Under the pieces are notes generated by a model, which saw only the letters and a list, made by a program, of their open reading frames with translations, was not told the origin of the DNA and made no database searches. Source: a virus. From it: DNA of 64,000 nucleotides. Location: IMG/VR virus record IMGVR_UViG_3300043570_000570, positions 52,183 through 116,182 of that record; one strand, written 5' to 3'. Within the stretch, counting starts at the first letter, position 1. Each line of letters starts with the position of its first letter. This document shows, piece after piece, positions 46,741 through 57,433 of this stretch. The position numbers were made by a program, and so were the translations under genes.

Positions 46741-47445
46741 ATGTCAAGCAAACTAATCGCTATCGTAGGTCCCTCAGGTACTGGTAAATCCACATCTGTA
46801 AGGACTCTAGACCCAAAAGAAACATTTATTATTAATGTAGCAAGGAAAGAATTGCCTTTCAAAGGAGCAGAAAAACTTTACAATCTCGAATCTAAAAATT
46901 ACATGGAGGTAGATGACATCAATCAAATCACCGCATTGTTACAACAGATTAGCGAGAAAGCTCCTCACATCAAAAACATCATCATGGATGATGCTATCTA
47001 CTCTATGTCTTTCCTTATGATGAAGAAAGCCAATGAGATCGGTTTTGGTAAGTTTGTTACCCTTGCAAAAGATGTAACTAATATGCTTACTAGTGCTCGT
47101 AAGCTTCGTAATGACCTTAAAGTATTCTACATCACCCACTCAGAGAACATTGAAGATGATGGACATATCGTAGGTCAGAAGATTAAGACAATAGGCAAAG
47201 CATTGGATAACCAAATCGTACTAGAAGGATTGTTTACTATCTGTCTTTATACTCACGTAGGTGAAGATAAAGATGAGAAAGCAACTTATCACTTTGTAAC
47301 CAATCGTTTTAAGAATTACCCTGCTAAAAGTCCTATGGATATGTTTGCAGAAACTCTTATCCCTAACGACTTGCAAACAGTATGTGATACAATAGATAGT
47401 TATTATGCAGAAGAAGTACCAGTACCCGTAAAAAGCAAAAAATAA
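46741..47445 (+). CDS. AAA/P-loop ATPase (Sak4-like)
   Basis: GPSGTGKST, IIMDD, KIKTIGK.LD, AKSP. Confidence 0.85.
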   Translation: MSSKLIAIVGPSGTGKSTSVRTLDPKETFIINVARKELPFKGAEKLYNLESKNYMEVDDINQITALLQQISEKAPHIKNIIMDDAIYSMSFLMMKKANEIGFGKFVTLAKDVTNMLTSARKLRNDLKVFYITHSENIEDDGHIVGQKIKTIGKALDNQIVLEGLFTICLYTHVGEDKDEKATYHFVTNRFKNYPAKSPMDMFAETLIPNDLQTVCDTIDSYYAEEVPVPVKSKK

Positions 47446-47474
47446 AACAAAACAAAACAAAACAAAATTAAATT

Positions 47475-48320
47475 ATGAAATTCGATCAATTAGAAACCAG
47501 AGAGCCTGGAGCAGGCAAGAAAATGTACACAGGATTTGCTCCTGTTCAAGTTGTAAGTGTTAATCCTACAGCTAAAGAACTTGCAAAAATCCTAGGTATT
47601 GAAGAGGACAAAGTTAAAGAACCTACCTATGAGTCAGAGAACGGAATGCGTCTTGACTTTTGGTATGTAAATCATCCAGACTTTAAAACAGATTTGCGTG
47701 GTAAGTTTACTTTGTGGGTAAACAATGACACCCGTATGTCTCAAGCAGGTAAGAAACAATTCATTGACAACTACACTAAGACTTCGTGGGCTGAGAACCT
47801 TGCTACTTTAAGTGAGTATCAAGCATCTATTGACCCTTCTCGTAGTTTAGATATGAAGAGTGTACGTGAAGCTAAGGGCGGTGAAGAAACAGTTTATTCT
47901 TTGCTTAAGGCTTATGGTAACATCTCTCCTAAAGAAAAGCCATTTGTTCTTGACAACTGGGCTTCTATTGCTAAAGGTAAAGGCAATGAGTTAGTAGACT
48001 TCTTTGCTCACTTTAATAAAGCCAACATGGGTGTTAAAGTTCTTTTAGGAATTAAAGACGAAAAATATCAAGACGTATGCACTAAAGTATTTGTTAACGT
48101 ACAAGGTAAAATTACCGACTATGTAGCTAAGCAAATCACTGGTGAGTATGGCTTTAAGAGTTTCTACGGAAGTTTTACTTTCAAAGAATACACTGAGAAT
48201 AATGCTCCTGACGCAAATGAAACTGAAACTCCTTTCAAAGAGTCAGAACCTATGATGAGTTGGGATACTAGTGAAGTAGCAACTAGTCCTGTTAGCACAG
48301 ATATCAACGATATCTTCTAA
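47475..48320 (+). CDS. Putative ssDNA-binding protein (crAss-type)
   Basis: Y.G...V.V.SVNPT, RLDFW, acidic tail ending DIF; follows the Sak4-like ATPase. Confidence 0.6.
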   Translation: MKFDQLETREPGAGKKMYTGFAPVQVVSVNPTAKELAKILGIEEDKVKEPTYESENGMRLDFWYVNHPDFKTDLRGKFTLWVNNDTRMSQAGKKQFIDNYTKTSWAENLATLSEYQASIDPSRSLDMKSVREAKGGEETVYSLLKAYGNISPKEKPFVLDNWASIAKGKGNELVDFFAHFNKANMGVKVLLGIKDEKYQDVCTKVFVNVQGKITDYVAKQITGEYGFKSFYGSFTFKEYTENNAPDANETETPFKESEPMMSWDTSEVATSPVSTDINDIF

Positions 48321-48349
48321 AATTAAAAGTAATCTATTCTCTTTTTTAG

Positions 48350-48379
48350 AAAAGGGGTTACTTTTGTGACCCCTTTTTT
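48350..48379 (+). terminator. Intrinsic terminator
   Basis: AAAAGGGGTTA-cttttg-TGACCCCTTTTTT. Confidence 0.7.
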
Positions 48380-48406
48380 ATTGAAGGAGGGTTAAAAACA
48401 ACACTT

Positions 48407-49396
48407 ATGGATCTCTCAAGCATTGAAATAAGACCTAATGTAAAGACGTTATACGCTTTACTAGGGCAAGAAAACCTAATGTCTTTTTACTTCGGTGAGA
48501 AAATAGACTTGAGAAAGAAATATAAGAATCCATTCAGATCTGATAAGCATGCTACCTGTTTCTTTAAGTGGAGTCAAGGAGGTAATCTGTATTTTGTAGA
48601 TTATGCTACGGAGAAAGTACACTACAATGCAATTGACATAGCTCAAATGAGTACTAGCTACGAGTATCCAGACATTCTATATAAAATAGAATCAGATTTC
48701 CAACTTAAGAACTTTAGTTTAGAAGATAGACTTAGACTAGAGATGGAAGTATCCACTCTTAAAAGTGCTAAGCCAGCAGAGGTAAAGCCTGCATCCATCA
48801 AAGTTACAGTTACAAAATTTACACAGAAAGACTTAGAGTACTGGCTTCAATTCGGAGTAACAGAAAAGATTCTTAAGTTCTATGATGTAAGGAAAGTAGA
48901 CAAAGCTTGGATAGCAGATAACATCTGGTACATTAGTAATACGTTTGACCCCTGTTATCGGTATAAGGAAAAAGATAAGTTTAAACTTTATCGTCCCTAT
49001 GCAGAAAAGAAAGTTAAATTTAGAACTAATTTCTTTGGAGGTATGCTAGAGGGTTATACTCAGCTACCACACAAAGGAACTATTCTAATCATTACTAAAG
49101 GCACTAAAGATGTTATGACCTTACACTCTATTGGAGTGAATGCTGTTGCTGTTAGAAGCGAAACTACACCTATATCAGAGAATGCTTACGAGTTACTTAA
49201 AGCAAGATTTGATAATATGTATGTATGGTTTGACGCTGATAGAGCAGGAGAAGAAGGAGCAAAGAAGATTTCAGAGACGTATGGCATTCCTGTACTATAC
49301 CACCACGGGAGTTTAGGAAAAGACATAAGTGATATTTACAAAAACCACGGAAGAGAAAAATTAATAAAGATATGCCAAGAATTAAGGATATTATAA
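48407..49396 (+). CDS. DNA primase (Toprim)
   Basis: NPFR.D..ATC N-terminal domain, IITKGTKDV, FDADRAG, KDISD. Confidence 0.85.
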   Translation: MDLSSIEIRPNVKTLYALLGQENLMSFYFGEKIDLRKKYKNPFRSDKHATCFFKWSQGGNLYFVDYATEKVHYNAIDIAQMSTSYEYPDILYKIESDFQLKNFSLEDRLRLEMEVSTLKSAKPAEVKPASIKVTVTKFTQKDLEYWLQFGVTEKILKFYDVRKVDKAWIADNIWYISNTFDPCYRYKEKDKFKLYRPYAEKKVKFRTNFFGGMLEGYTQLPHKGTILIITKGTKDVMTLHSIGVNAVAVRSETTPISENAYELLKARFDNMYVWFDADRAGEEGAKKISETYGIPVLYHHGSLGKDISDIYKNHGREKLIKICQELRIL

Positions 49397-49986
49397 ACGA
49401 AGCTTTAGAAATTGCTTTTGACAAGTTAGAAGTAGAAGCACTAGTACGATATAATATTATGTTGTTAGTTTTAAAGAAAACTAAAAACAAACAGTATTAT
49501 AGTAAAGTAATAAATGACATCAATCCAGAAGAGCTAAGATTAAAACGCAAGTTGGCAATGATAAAAGCACACGAACTTAAAGTAAATTTAGATAAGTTTT
49601 CAGAGTTTGAGTTGGGAGTCATGCATATTGTTTGTGATATAAATGCAATGACTGTAAAGGATTTTACAATAAATAGCCGTAAACGTGAGCTAACAGAAGC
49701 AAGATTTCATTTTGCAGCTGTACTTTTAATACACTTTAACTACACTTACAAGAAGGTAGGTACTTTGTTAGGAAGAGATCACTCTACGATTATACATTCT
49801 ATGAAACAACATTTAAACTTTTCTAGTTCTATTAAAAGTTACAAAACAAGATACAATCAAATCATAAACATGATGGAAGAAACGTATCCAGGACTTATGA
49901 GTACTACTCTTAATCCTAATATTATTGTTAGAAGGACTCCGCTCAAAAGAAGTAAGCTAATCAATAAAGATGCAAAAACTAATTGA
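49372..49986 (+). CDS. Protein with DnaA C-terminal (domain IV) HTH
   Basis: SRKREL..AR, G.LLGRDHSTIIHS. Confidence 0.8.
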   Translation: MPRIKDIINEALEIAFDKLEVEALVRYNIMLLVLKKTKNKQYYSKVINDINPEELRLKRKLAMIKAHELKVNLDKFSEFELGVMHIVCDINAMTVKDFTINSRKRELTEARFHFAAVLLIHFNYTYKKVGTLLGRDHSTIIHSMKQHLNFSSSIKSYKTRYNQIINMMEETYPGLMSTTLNPNIIVRRTPLKRSKLINKDAKTN

Positions 49987-50671
49987 TATTCCAGACGATT
50001 GGTATCATCACTTAAAAGACACAATAGAAAGTCCTTACTTTAATACCTTAGGAAGATTCATTGCTAATGAGAGAAAAACTAAAACTATCTTTCCTTACAA
50101 GGATGAAGTCTTTAAGGCTTTTAATTTAACTCCTTTTCAGAAAGTAAGAGTTGTTATCTTAGGAATGGATCCTTATCCAGGTAGAAATGTAGGGGAACCT
50201 ATTGCTCACGGATTAGCTTTCTCTCCTAGAAAGAAAACTTATGTGACTCCGTCTTTAAGAATGATCTACAAACGAATCAAAGAAGACATTTATCCTGATG
50301 AACTAAGCTTCCCCACTGATATGAATATAGAATCATGGGCTAAGCAAGGAGTTCTTATGCTAAATGCTGCTTTGACTATCGAAGAAGGTAAGTCAGGTTC
50401 TCACTTAGAGCCTTGGAAACAGTTTACAGAAGCTGTATTCAAAACACTAAACGAGAATACTGCAGGACTTATTTTCTGTTTCTGGGGAAAGGACGCTTTA
50501 AAGTTTGCTCCTCTTATTAACGATGATGTACACCACGTATTAGTAGCATCACATCCTGTTTCTGCCGTATACAAAGGTGGAGATTGGGAGTGTGATCACT
50601 TTAAAAGAATTAACCAAATACTCATGGCCAGTAATCCAGACGATATAGACTGGCTAGAGAACTTAAAATAG
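49970..50671 (+). CDS. ung: Uracil-DNA glycosylase (family 1)
   Basis: VVILGMDPY, AHGLAFS, WAKQGVLMLN, FWG, SHP. Confidence 0.93.
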   Translation: MQKLIDIPDDWYHHLKDTIESPYFNTLGRFIANERKTKTIFPYKDEVFKAFNLTPFQKVRVVILGMDPYPGRNVGEPIAHGLAFSPRKKTYVTPSLRMIYKRIKEDIYPDELSFPTDMNIESWAKQGVLMLNAALTIEEGKSGSHLEPWKQFTEAVFKTLNENTAGLIFCFWGKDALKFAPLINDDVHHVLVASHPVSAVYKGGDWECDHFKRINQILMASNPDDIDWLENLK

Positions 50672-50691
50672 ATTAAAATAAAACAAAGAAA

Positions 50692-50895
50692 ATGAATTGG
50701 CAAGATTACGAGTCCTTAGGACATTTAGAATTAAAAGGAAAATTAGTAGAGTATCTATCTAATAGAACTAAAATAATAAAAGAAATGGAGCAAAGCAGTG
50801 AGTATGAGTACTGTGAGATCCAAGGAAGAATTAAAGAATTAGACGAATTAATCAACTTTATCGAAAATATTAAAAAACAAACCACTAAATTATGA
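50692..50895 (+). CDS. Hypothetical protein
   Basis: 67 aa. Confidence 0.5.
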   Translation: MNWQDYESLGHLELKGKLVEYLSNRTKIIKEMEQSSEYEYCEIQGRIKELDELINFIENIKKQTTKL

Positions 50896-51740
50896 ACAAA
50901 CAACAATTGCTAGAATCATCTAGAACGAATTGGACTGTAGCAAAGAAACCTTTGTTTGGTCCTGATGGAGAAACTACTCCTGCTTATGGAGTATTCCGTG
51001 AAGACAACAATAATTGTCTTGGTGTAGTAGGATCTAAATATGTTCCTACTCAGAATGAAGAAATCCTTGATATGCTTTTAGAAGCTGCCGCTAGAGTTAA
51101 TATTTCTGGGGAAAGAGGTGGGTTTCTGGGGAATGGACAAAAGGTCTATTATCAGTTTCCTTTAATGGATGTACAGATTGGAGGATCCTTTAACAAACGA
51201 TTCCTAACAGCTCTTACTTCACATGATGGTAGTGCTCCTATGGGCTTTGGAACTACTAACGTAACTGTAGTATGCTCTAATACTTTTTATATGGCTCTTA
51301 GAGACTCTCAACGTGTAAGACATACTAAGAATTCTCATGAGCGTTTAGGCTTGATCATCTCTCAGTTGCAAAACTCTCTTACACAAGAAGAACAGTTTAT
51401 CGAAAAGCTAGTAGAACTTAGTAAGATTTACATTCCTGAAGCAGTTACAGATGAATTTATCATTAACATTATAGGAGGAGACGGTGAAGCTTCTAGGGGT
51501 AAAAATCGTATTAACGACTTTAGAACAGCTTTGACTACCGAATATGAGACACACGAGAACACAGCTTACGCTTTGTTTAACGCTACTACTCGTTTCACTA
51601 ACTATATGATGGGACATAAGAGTATTGAAGCTAAGCGTGAGTCTCTAATTCACGGAACTGCCTACAACATTAACAACAGAGGCTTAGAATTAATTTCTGA
51701 AACCTACACCCCTCTCTACACACCTGAGTTATCTTTGTAA
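50892..51740 (+). CDS. DUF932-family protein
   Basis: LGVVG..Y.P.QN, SHDG, VVCSNT, RHT, ALFNA.T. Confidence 0.85.
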   Translation: MNKQQLLESSRTNWTVAKKPLFGPDGETTPAYGVFREDNNNCLGVVGSKYVPTQNEEILDMLLEAAARVNISGERGGFLGNGQKVYYQFPLMDVQIGGSFNKRFLTALTSHDGSAPMGFGTTNVTVVCSNTFYMALRDSQRVRHTKNSHERLGLIISQLQNSLTQEEQFIEKLVELSKIYIPEAVTDEFIINIIGGDGEASRGKNRINDFRTALTTEYETHENTAYALFNATTRFTNYMMGHKSIEAKRESLIHGTAYNINNRGLELISETYTPLYTPELSL

Positions 51741-51809
51741 CTGTCTCTTGCATGCCAAATAAGATTAGGGGGTCATTAGATCCCCTTTTCTTTATTATAT
51801 TTGTATACT

Positions 51810-52457
51810 ATGTTAAAGAGAACAGCAACAAAAAAGATTCCAGTCAAAGGAATACCTGAACCTAAGGAAATTCAAAAGCCTTGTTCAGACTGTGGGAAGG
51901 TAAAAGCCATAGCCAACAAAACAAAGAGGTTATGTGCTACGTGTGTAATGAAGGACAAGAAAGAAAAGCAGAAAGTCCGTAAAGAGATTAAGCGTAAATT
52001 AGAAAAAGAAACAATCAGTCAAAGTAAACTAGACCAGATAACTTCTTGGTTAGTTAGAGGAGCACATATTAATAAATGCCATGCTTGTGAAATCACACTA
52101 GATCCTAAAGGACTACAGTGTGCTCACTTTGTAGGTAGAACTAAGGTTGCTACTCGCTACCACCTAACTAATCTTTTGCCTGCTTGTCCTAGATGTAATC
52201 TATATACTCCTCACCACGTGTGGAACTTAGGTAAGTCTTTAAACAGGATATGGGGAACTGATACTACGGAAGATATGCTACAGCTTTCTAATAAGATTTT
52301 AAAATTAAGTAACTACGATAGAAAACTTATCTATGACGTTTATAGAACCTGCCTTACAGATATCGAACAAGGAAACTATAGCCAAGATCAGAAGTATCAA
52401 AAGTTACACCAAGCACTGAAGGATTATAACAAGATAGTGGAACCCTTATTAAAATGA
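51810..52457 (+). CDS. NinG/Rap-like Zn-finger HNH endonuclease
   Basis: CxxC pairs, QCAHFVGR...TRY...N...C..CN. Confidence 0.78.
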   Translation: MLKRTATKKIPVKGIPEPKEIQKPCSDCGKVKAIANKTKRLCATCVMKDKKEKQKVRKEIKRKLEKETISQSKLDQITSWLVRGAHINKCHACEITLDPKGLQCAHFVGRTKVATRYHLTNLLPACPRCNLYTPHHVWNLGKSLNRIWGTDTTEDMLQLSNKILKLSNYDRKLIYDVYRTCLTDIEQGNYSQDQKYQKLHQALKDYNKIVEPLLK

Positions 52458-54424
52458 TTTATCTAGTAACAAAACAAAACATTTCCCTACCTGATATAAC
52501 TCTCTGCACAGTACAAGAATCTTTAGATTACCTTAAAGACCTAGAATGGGTTGCTATAGATACAGAAACTTCTGGATTTGATGCATATACCTGTAAGCTA
52601 TACACACTTCAGCTAGGTGACAATGACAATCAGTTTGTAGTTGACTTGACTACGATTGATATCAATGACTACAAACAGCTCTTAGAGACTCAAGGAGTCA
52701 TTGGTCATAACTTAAAGTTTGATTTAAAGTTCTTATATCATCAGAGAATTGTACCAACTAAGGTATACGATACCTTTTTAGGCGAAAAAACATCTCGTTT
52801 GGGTATAGAAAGTCATAGGTGTTCCTTAGCTGCTTGTGTAAAACTACATTGCGGAGTTATATTAGACAAAGAGGAAAGAAAACATATTACAGGCAATCTA
52901 ACAGAAGGCTTTGTAAAGTATTCTGCTTATGACGTAAAATACCTACATTCTATTAAAGATGCTCAAGAGACAATTCTATTTGCTGCTGGTGCTAAAGTAT
53001 CAATCGAGTTAGATAATCGCTTTGTTTTAGTTTTAGCTTACATAGAGTATTGTGGTATGAAGCTAGACGTAGATAAGTGGACTAACAAGATTCACAAAGT
53101 ACAGACTCAAGCAGATGCAGCTACTAGAATGTTGAATGAGTTTATCTTTCTTAACAACATGGATAAATTTATTGACTATCAGCTAGATATTTTCTCTAGT
53201 CAAAACAAAGTCAAGATTAACTGGAACTCACCTTCTCAGGTAGTGCAGTTCTTTGAGACTATTGGAGTAAATACTACTGTAGTTGACAAAGGAGTTAAGA
53301 AGCATACAATAGAAGCAAACCACTTAGTAAAGTTTCAAGACAAACATCCTATTATTAAGATTTATCTTTCCTTTAAAGAAGCCCAAAAAGACATAGGCAC
53401 CTATGGTTATAACTGGATTGAGCAAATCAACCCTATAAGCGGTAGAATACACACTCAGTTCAAACAGTTGATGAACACAGGTCGCTTATCTAGTGGAGGT
53501 AAGTCAGGAACAACCAAGAACTTTAACTTCCAAAACATTCCCTCAGATGAAGAAACACGTAGTTGTTTTGTAGCAGAAGAAGGAAACTCACTAGTAGGCT
53601 GTGACTATACAGGTCAAGAACAGATTGTACTAGTAAACAAGTGTTTGGATGATAACTTACTTGAGTTCTATGATAAAGATTTGGGTGACATGCACGCTTT
53701 TATTGCCTCTAAGATGTATGAAGAGTTGGATGGAATGGATTTAAACGAGATTAAAAAGAAACACAAAGAAAAAAGACAGGCTGCTAAGGTAGCTGGCTTT
53801 GCTATTAACTATGGAGGGTCAGGAATAGGTATAGCAGAACAACTAGGACTAAGCGTAGAACAAGGTAATAAAATTTATGAATCCTATTTTCTAGCATTTC
53901 CTGGGCTTAAAGCATACTTTGACGAAACTAAGAAGTTCGGAATTGAGAATGGTTATGTATTAATCTCTCCTGTTACAGGCAAGAGATCCTACGTAGATTA
54001 TTACGATGAGTTTTTACAAGTTAAAAACGAACTAGACAAAGACTTCTGGGAAAGATATAAAAAGATCAAGAATTCAAACACTCCTACAGCAGTTGCTATG
54101 AAAGAGAAAGTTTCTAAATTCTTTAGCAAAAGGGGAGACATAGAAAGAATGTCCCTTAACTATGGAATACAAGGAGAATCTGCAGAGATAACTAAACTAG
54201 CATGTGTTTACTTTTGGTCAAGGTATCTAGTACCTAATGATCTTTTATTTAAAGTTAAGATTGTTAACGTAATTCATGACGAGATTCTAGTAGAGTCCCC
54301 TGAGGGGATTGTGCAACAAGTTGCTGCACAATTAGAAAAATCAATGGTAGATTCAGGAGCTAAGTTTTGTACGAGAGTACCACTTAAAGCAGATCCTTGT
54401 ATATCGCCTTATTGGAGTAAGTAA
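52454..54424 (+). CDS. polA: DNA polymerase family A with 3'-5' exonuclease
   Basis: DTET, HNLKFD, TGRLSS, DY.GQE, R..AK...F...YG, IQG, IHDE. Confidence 0.95.
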   Translation: MIYLVTKQNISLPDITLCTVQESLDYLKDLEWVAIDTETSGFDAYTCKLYTLQLGDNDNQFVVDLTTIDINDYKQLLETQGVIGHNLKFDLKFLYHQRIVPTKVYDTFLGEKTSRLGIESHRCSLAACVKLHCGVILDKEERKHITGNLTEGFVKYSAYDVKYLHSIKDAQETILFAAGAKVSIELDNRFVLVLAYIEYCGMKLDVDKWTNKIHKVQTQADAATRMLNEFIFLNNMDKFIDYQLDIFSSQNKVKINWNSPSQVVQFFETIGVNTTVVDKGVKKHTIEANHLVKFQDKHPIIKIYLSFKEAQKDIGTYGYNWIEQINPISGRIHTQFKQLMNTGRLSSGGKSGTTKNFNFQNIPSDEETRSCFVAEEGNSLVGCDYTGQEQIVLVNKCLDDNLLEFYDKDLGDMHAFIASKMYEELDGMDLNEIKKKHKEKRQAAKVAGFAINYGGSGIGIAEQLGLSVEQGNKIYESYFLAFPGLKAYFDETKKFGIENGYVLISPVTGKRSYVDYYDEFLQVKNELDKDFWERYKKIKNSNTPTAVAMKEKVSKFFSKRGDIERMSLNYGIQGESAEITKLACVYFWSRYLVPNDLLFKVKIVNVIHDEILVESPEGIVQQVAAQLEKSMVDSGAKFCTRVPLKADPCISPYWSK

Positions 54425-54693
54425 TGAAAGTTGAAGAAATTAAGGAGGTAAGAAGAACTTATCTCCTAGCGAGAGCATTAAACACACAGTACCAGTTCAT
54501 TCGTGAGTTTGTTAATCCTGATTTAAAGAAAGCAATTAATGAAGCTAAGGCAAAGAATGCCCACTTTATTAAGATTCTAGACGGATATCTAGAAAAGAAA
54601 GATTTAAATCAAATTGCAGAAGACGAAGAACTGGCATTTTTATTATTAGAAGAATTAGAAGAATTAGAAAAACAAAAACAAAACAAAAATTAA
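54424..54693 (+). CDS. Hypothetical protein
   Basis: 89 aa. Confidence 0.55.
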   Translation: MKVEEIKEVRRTYLLARALNTQYQFIREFVNPDLKKAINEAKAKNAHFIKILDGYLEKKDLNQIAEDEELAFLLLEELEELEKQKQNKN

Positions 54694-54698
54694 AAATT

Positions 54699-55244
54699 AT
54701 GGGATCAACTACATTTTATGAAAGAAAAATAGCGGCTAGTATGAAAGACGCTTACAACAATGCAATAGAAGACGCTACTGATGAGTACGGTAATGATCCG
54801 TACAATGGAACCATTAGTACAACTAATGGTTTTGTAGACGTTACTAAGAAGTTTAAAGAGTCAGGCAAGAAACTAAGTGAATTTATTGACTCCGCACAAG
54901 ACGTTATGGATAAAAGAGATTGTTGGGGTATCTGCACTGTAGAACCTAAATTAAACAGCAACAAGATTAAAAGCCAAGTAGAAATAATTCCTCAGGTAGG
55001 TAGACGTGTTTGGGAAACTAGATACGAAGTACAGGCAGAAGGAAGACTTATTGGAAGTCATCCATTACAAGCAGGAGCAATTAAGATGGCCAGAGACTAC
55101 ACAGAACGTACTAAGATTAGTAGTCACATTACTAGAGTTAACGTTTTAAAAGAAGGCGAGAAAAATGTAGCCTTTGTAAACTATAAGCCTAGTAGTGATG
55201 AACGTCAAGGAGAATATGTATTCTTTGGTTGGGCAGCAGACTAA
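54699..55244 (+). CDS. Conserved phage hypothetical protein
   Basis: MG...A..EYG.D.YNGTI.T...FFGWA pattern. Confidence 0.65.
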   Translation: MGSTTFYERKIAASMKDAYNNAIEDATDEYGNDPYNGTISTTNGFVDVTKKFKESGKKLSEFIDSAQDVMDKRDCWGICTVEPKLNSNKIKSQVEIIPQVGRRVWETRYEVQAEGRLIGSHPLQAGAIKMARDYTERTKISSHITRVNVLKEGEKNVAFVNYKPSSDERQGEYVFFGWAAD

Positions 55245-55264
55245 TAATAAACAATAATTAAACA

Positions 55265-55702
55265 ATGATTAACCGCATCTATATGCCAGCTACTCTCTCC
55301 CTTAACATAGATGGAACTATTCATCTTAAGGGAGATAGAGAGTTGATGCAGTCGTACTTTAGAGAATTGACAAAAGGAGATCCTGCGGTGGATGTAGAAG
55401 TTTGTATAACTAGATTAGATTCTAAAAAAACAAACCCTCAGTTGGCTTATTTCTACAGCACTCTAGTACCTATCATTCGAGGAGGATTTGAAGCCCTTAC
55501 AGGCGAAGTATACACCAAAGAAGAGGTAGTCACTTATCTTAAGGACAAGTTCTTCTACGAGGAGATTATGTTCCAAGGTCAATTTATTAAAACACCACTC
55601 TCACTTTCCAAAGGAAAAAAAGAAGAAGTTAATGAATTTATTAAGCAAGTAATTAACTTTGCAACAGATACTCTTGGAGTGCCTGTACCTGAATTAAATT
55701 AA
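55265..55702 (+). CDS. NinB/YbcN-like protein
   Basis: Q.AY.Y, LK.KF, S......E...FI..V..FA...LG..VP. Confidence 0.6.
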   Translation: MINRIYMPATLSLNIDGTIHLKGDRELMQSYFRELTKGDPAVDVEVCITRLDSKKTNPQLAYFYSTLVPIIRGGFEALTGEVYTKEEVVTYLKDKFFYEEIMFQGQFIKTPLSLSKGKKEEVNEFIKQVINFATDTLGVPVPELN

Positions 55703-55715
55703 TTAAACTAAAATT

Positions 55716-55982
55716 ATGTTATATATAATAGAACCAAGAACAGAAACAGACAGAGTGGAAGCCGTGGGCTTACCTGATGTCAACTATCATTACGGAGAAA
55801 ACATTGTTACCTACAATGACCATGAATCAAGCGAAAGTATTCAATTGGGTACTCTTGTTAACTGCAATGGAGTAACTTGTGTAGTTACTGAACTATCTTC
55901 AATGAAGTTTGGAAGAGTTGTCTTAACTGTAAAACCAGTAGATGCTACTCCTAAAACTACTACAGGTGCTTTAATGCGTTAA
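55716..55982 (+). CDS. Hypothetical protein
   Basis: 88 aa. Confidence 0.55.
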   Translation: MLYIIEPRTETDRVEAVGLPDVNYHYGENIVTYNDHESSESIQLGTLVNCNGVTCVVTELSSMKFGRVVLTVKPVDATPKTTTGALMR

Positions 55983-55984
55983 TC

Positions 55985-56308
55985 ATGACTGAACAAGCTT
56001 TACGTTACAACACAGGAAAGAGACAATGGTCTTTAGTAGACTTTAAGTCTCTAGAGTCTATGGTAGAAGTCCTTGAGTTTGGTGCAGAAAAGTATGAGCG
56101 ATTTAACTGGTATAAAGGTATGCCTGTAACACAACTAAGCGAGAGTTTGCTTAGGCATATGTTTGCTTTTCTTTCAGGAGAAGACAAAGACCCTGAATCA
56201 GGAGTAGATCACTTAGGTCATATTATGTGTAATGCTATGTTTCTCTCCTACGTAATGAGAGAAAAGTCTCACTATGATGATAGAAACCATGAAATTTCAA
56301 CTAAATAA
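55985..56308 (+). CDS. dATP/dGTP diphosphohydrolase-domain (DUF5664) protein
   Basis: GK..WSL, FGA.KY...NW.KG, RH, GE..DPESG..HL.H. Confidence 0.85.
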   Translation: MTEQALRYNTGKRQWSLVDFKSLESMVEVLEFGAEKYERFNWYKGMPVTQLSESLLRHMFAFLSGEDKDPESGVDHLGHIMCNAMFLSYVMREKSHYDDRNHEISTK

Positions 56309-56464
56309 CTTCTTTTATGGAACCAGAGGACAACGAGGTTATCCTTATTGGTTCTTTTATTTAATACCAACGATAAGCATAAGCCGTACATCTTCGTTAT
56401 ATAACTTTAATATACACTTATGCTTTCTTTGGTTTGTTTTAACCGTATCAATTGAGAAAAAGAA

Positions 56465-57433
56465 ATGATTTTAAATCAAGATTACCTAAGCAGTAGAGCA
56501 ATAAGTCAAAGTAGGCTTAAAAAAATCCTACAACATCCTAACCTATACTATAATTACGATCCTAAGTCTGACACAGAAGAACCAGCAGATGTAACATTGA
56601 TAGGAGATGGAGTAGACTTAATTATTACACAAGGAGAAGAAGTCTTCCAAGAAGAATTTCTAATCAGCACAGTAGAAAGACCAACAGCTCAGATGGGAGA
56701 CTTTGTATGGAACCTATTTATCAATAGACATGATTCCAATGCAGAACAAATCGCTTATGAGACTGTAGGGTTTAAAAGAGATACTCTTCCTAAAGTAAGA
56801 GAAAGATTTGAGAAAGAAGGTAAAGCCTATTATGATCACCTAATTGAAGCAGATGGAAGAAAAGTAATTTCTCCAGCACAATTAGCTACAATCTATAATC
56901 TGGTAGAATCTTTGAAGAATCATCCTTTTAGTTCTAAGTTTATCTTAGGCAATGACCAATATAAAATCTTTACACAGCAGGCCCTTACTTTTGAGTACTT
57001 GGGATTTGAGTGTAAGGCTCTTTTAGACTTAGTAGTTGTGGACGTAGACAATAAGTTTTTATATCCTATTGACTTAAAGACTACTACTACTTCTTTAAAC
57101 TATTGGACAGACACTCTTATGAAGTATCGTTATGATCTTCAGGGAGCATTCTATACAGAAGCTTTAAAGCAAACAGATACAAGTATCTATGGAGAAGGTT
57201 TAACTGTTAAGAACTTTAGGTTCTTGGTAGAAAGCCAAAAATTCCCTGGTAGTCCGCTTATCTATGAGTTATCAGATGAAGCAATGACAGTAGGTAAAGA
57301 AGGAGGAGTATATCAAGGTAAGAGTTACGAAGGCTTTCATCAAGCCCTAGAACGTTTACGTTGGCATATTGACAGTGATTTGTGGAACTATACTAGAGAA
57401 GACTATAGAAACAATGGAATCAGAATTGTATAA
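56465..57433 (+). CDS. PD-(D/E)XK exonuclease (RecE/DUF3799-like)
   Basis: S.S.LK, CKALLD, IDLKTT, Y.YDLQ.AFY. Confidence 0.85.
   Translation: MILNQDYLSSRAISQSRLKKILQHPNLYYNYDPKSDTEEPADVTLIGDGVDLIITQGEEVFQEEFLISTVERPTAQMGDFVWNLFINRHDSNAEQIAYETVGFKRDTLPKVRERFEKEGKAYYDHLIEADGRKVISPAQLATIYNLVESLKNHPFSSKFILGNDQYKIFTQQALTFEYLGFECKALLDLVVVDVDNKFLYPIDLKTTTTSLNYWTDTLMKYRYDLQGAFYTEALKQTDTSIYGEGLTVKNFRFLVESQKFPGSPLIYELSDEAMTVGKEGGVYQGKSYEGFHQALERLRWHIDSDLWNYTREDYRNNGIRIV

Noticed and set aside
55985-56308. DUF5664 as a sign of a Z-base or deazaguanine-modified genome
   Set aside because: No purZ, datZ or dpdA/que genes in the window, and the domain often occurs alone; the unseen part of the genome cannot be excluded
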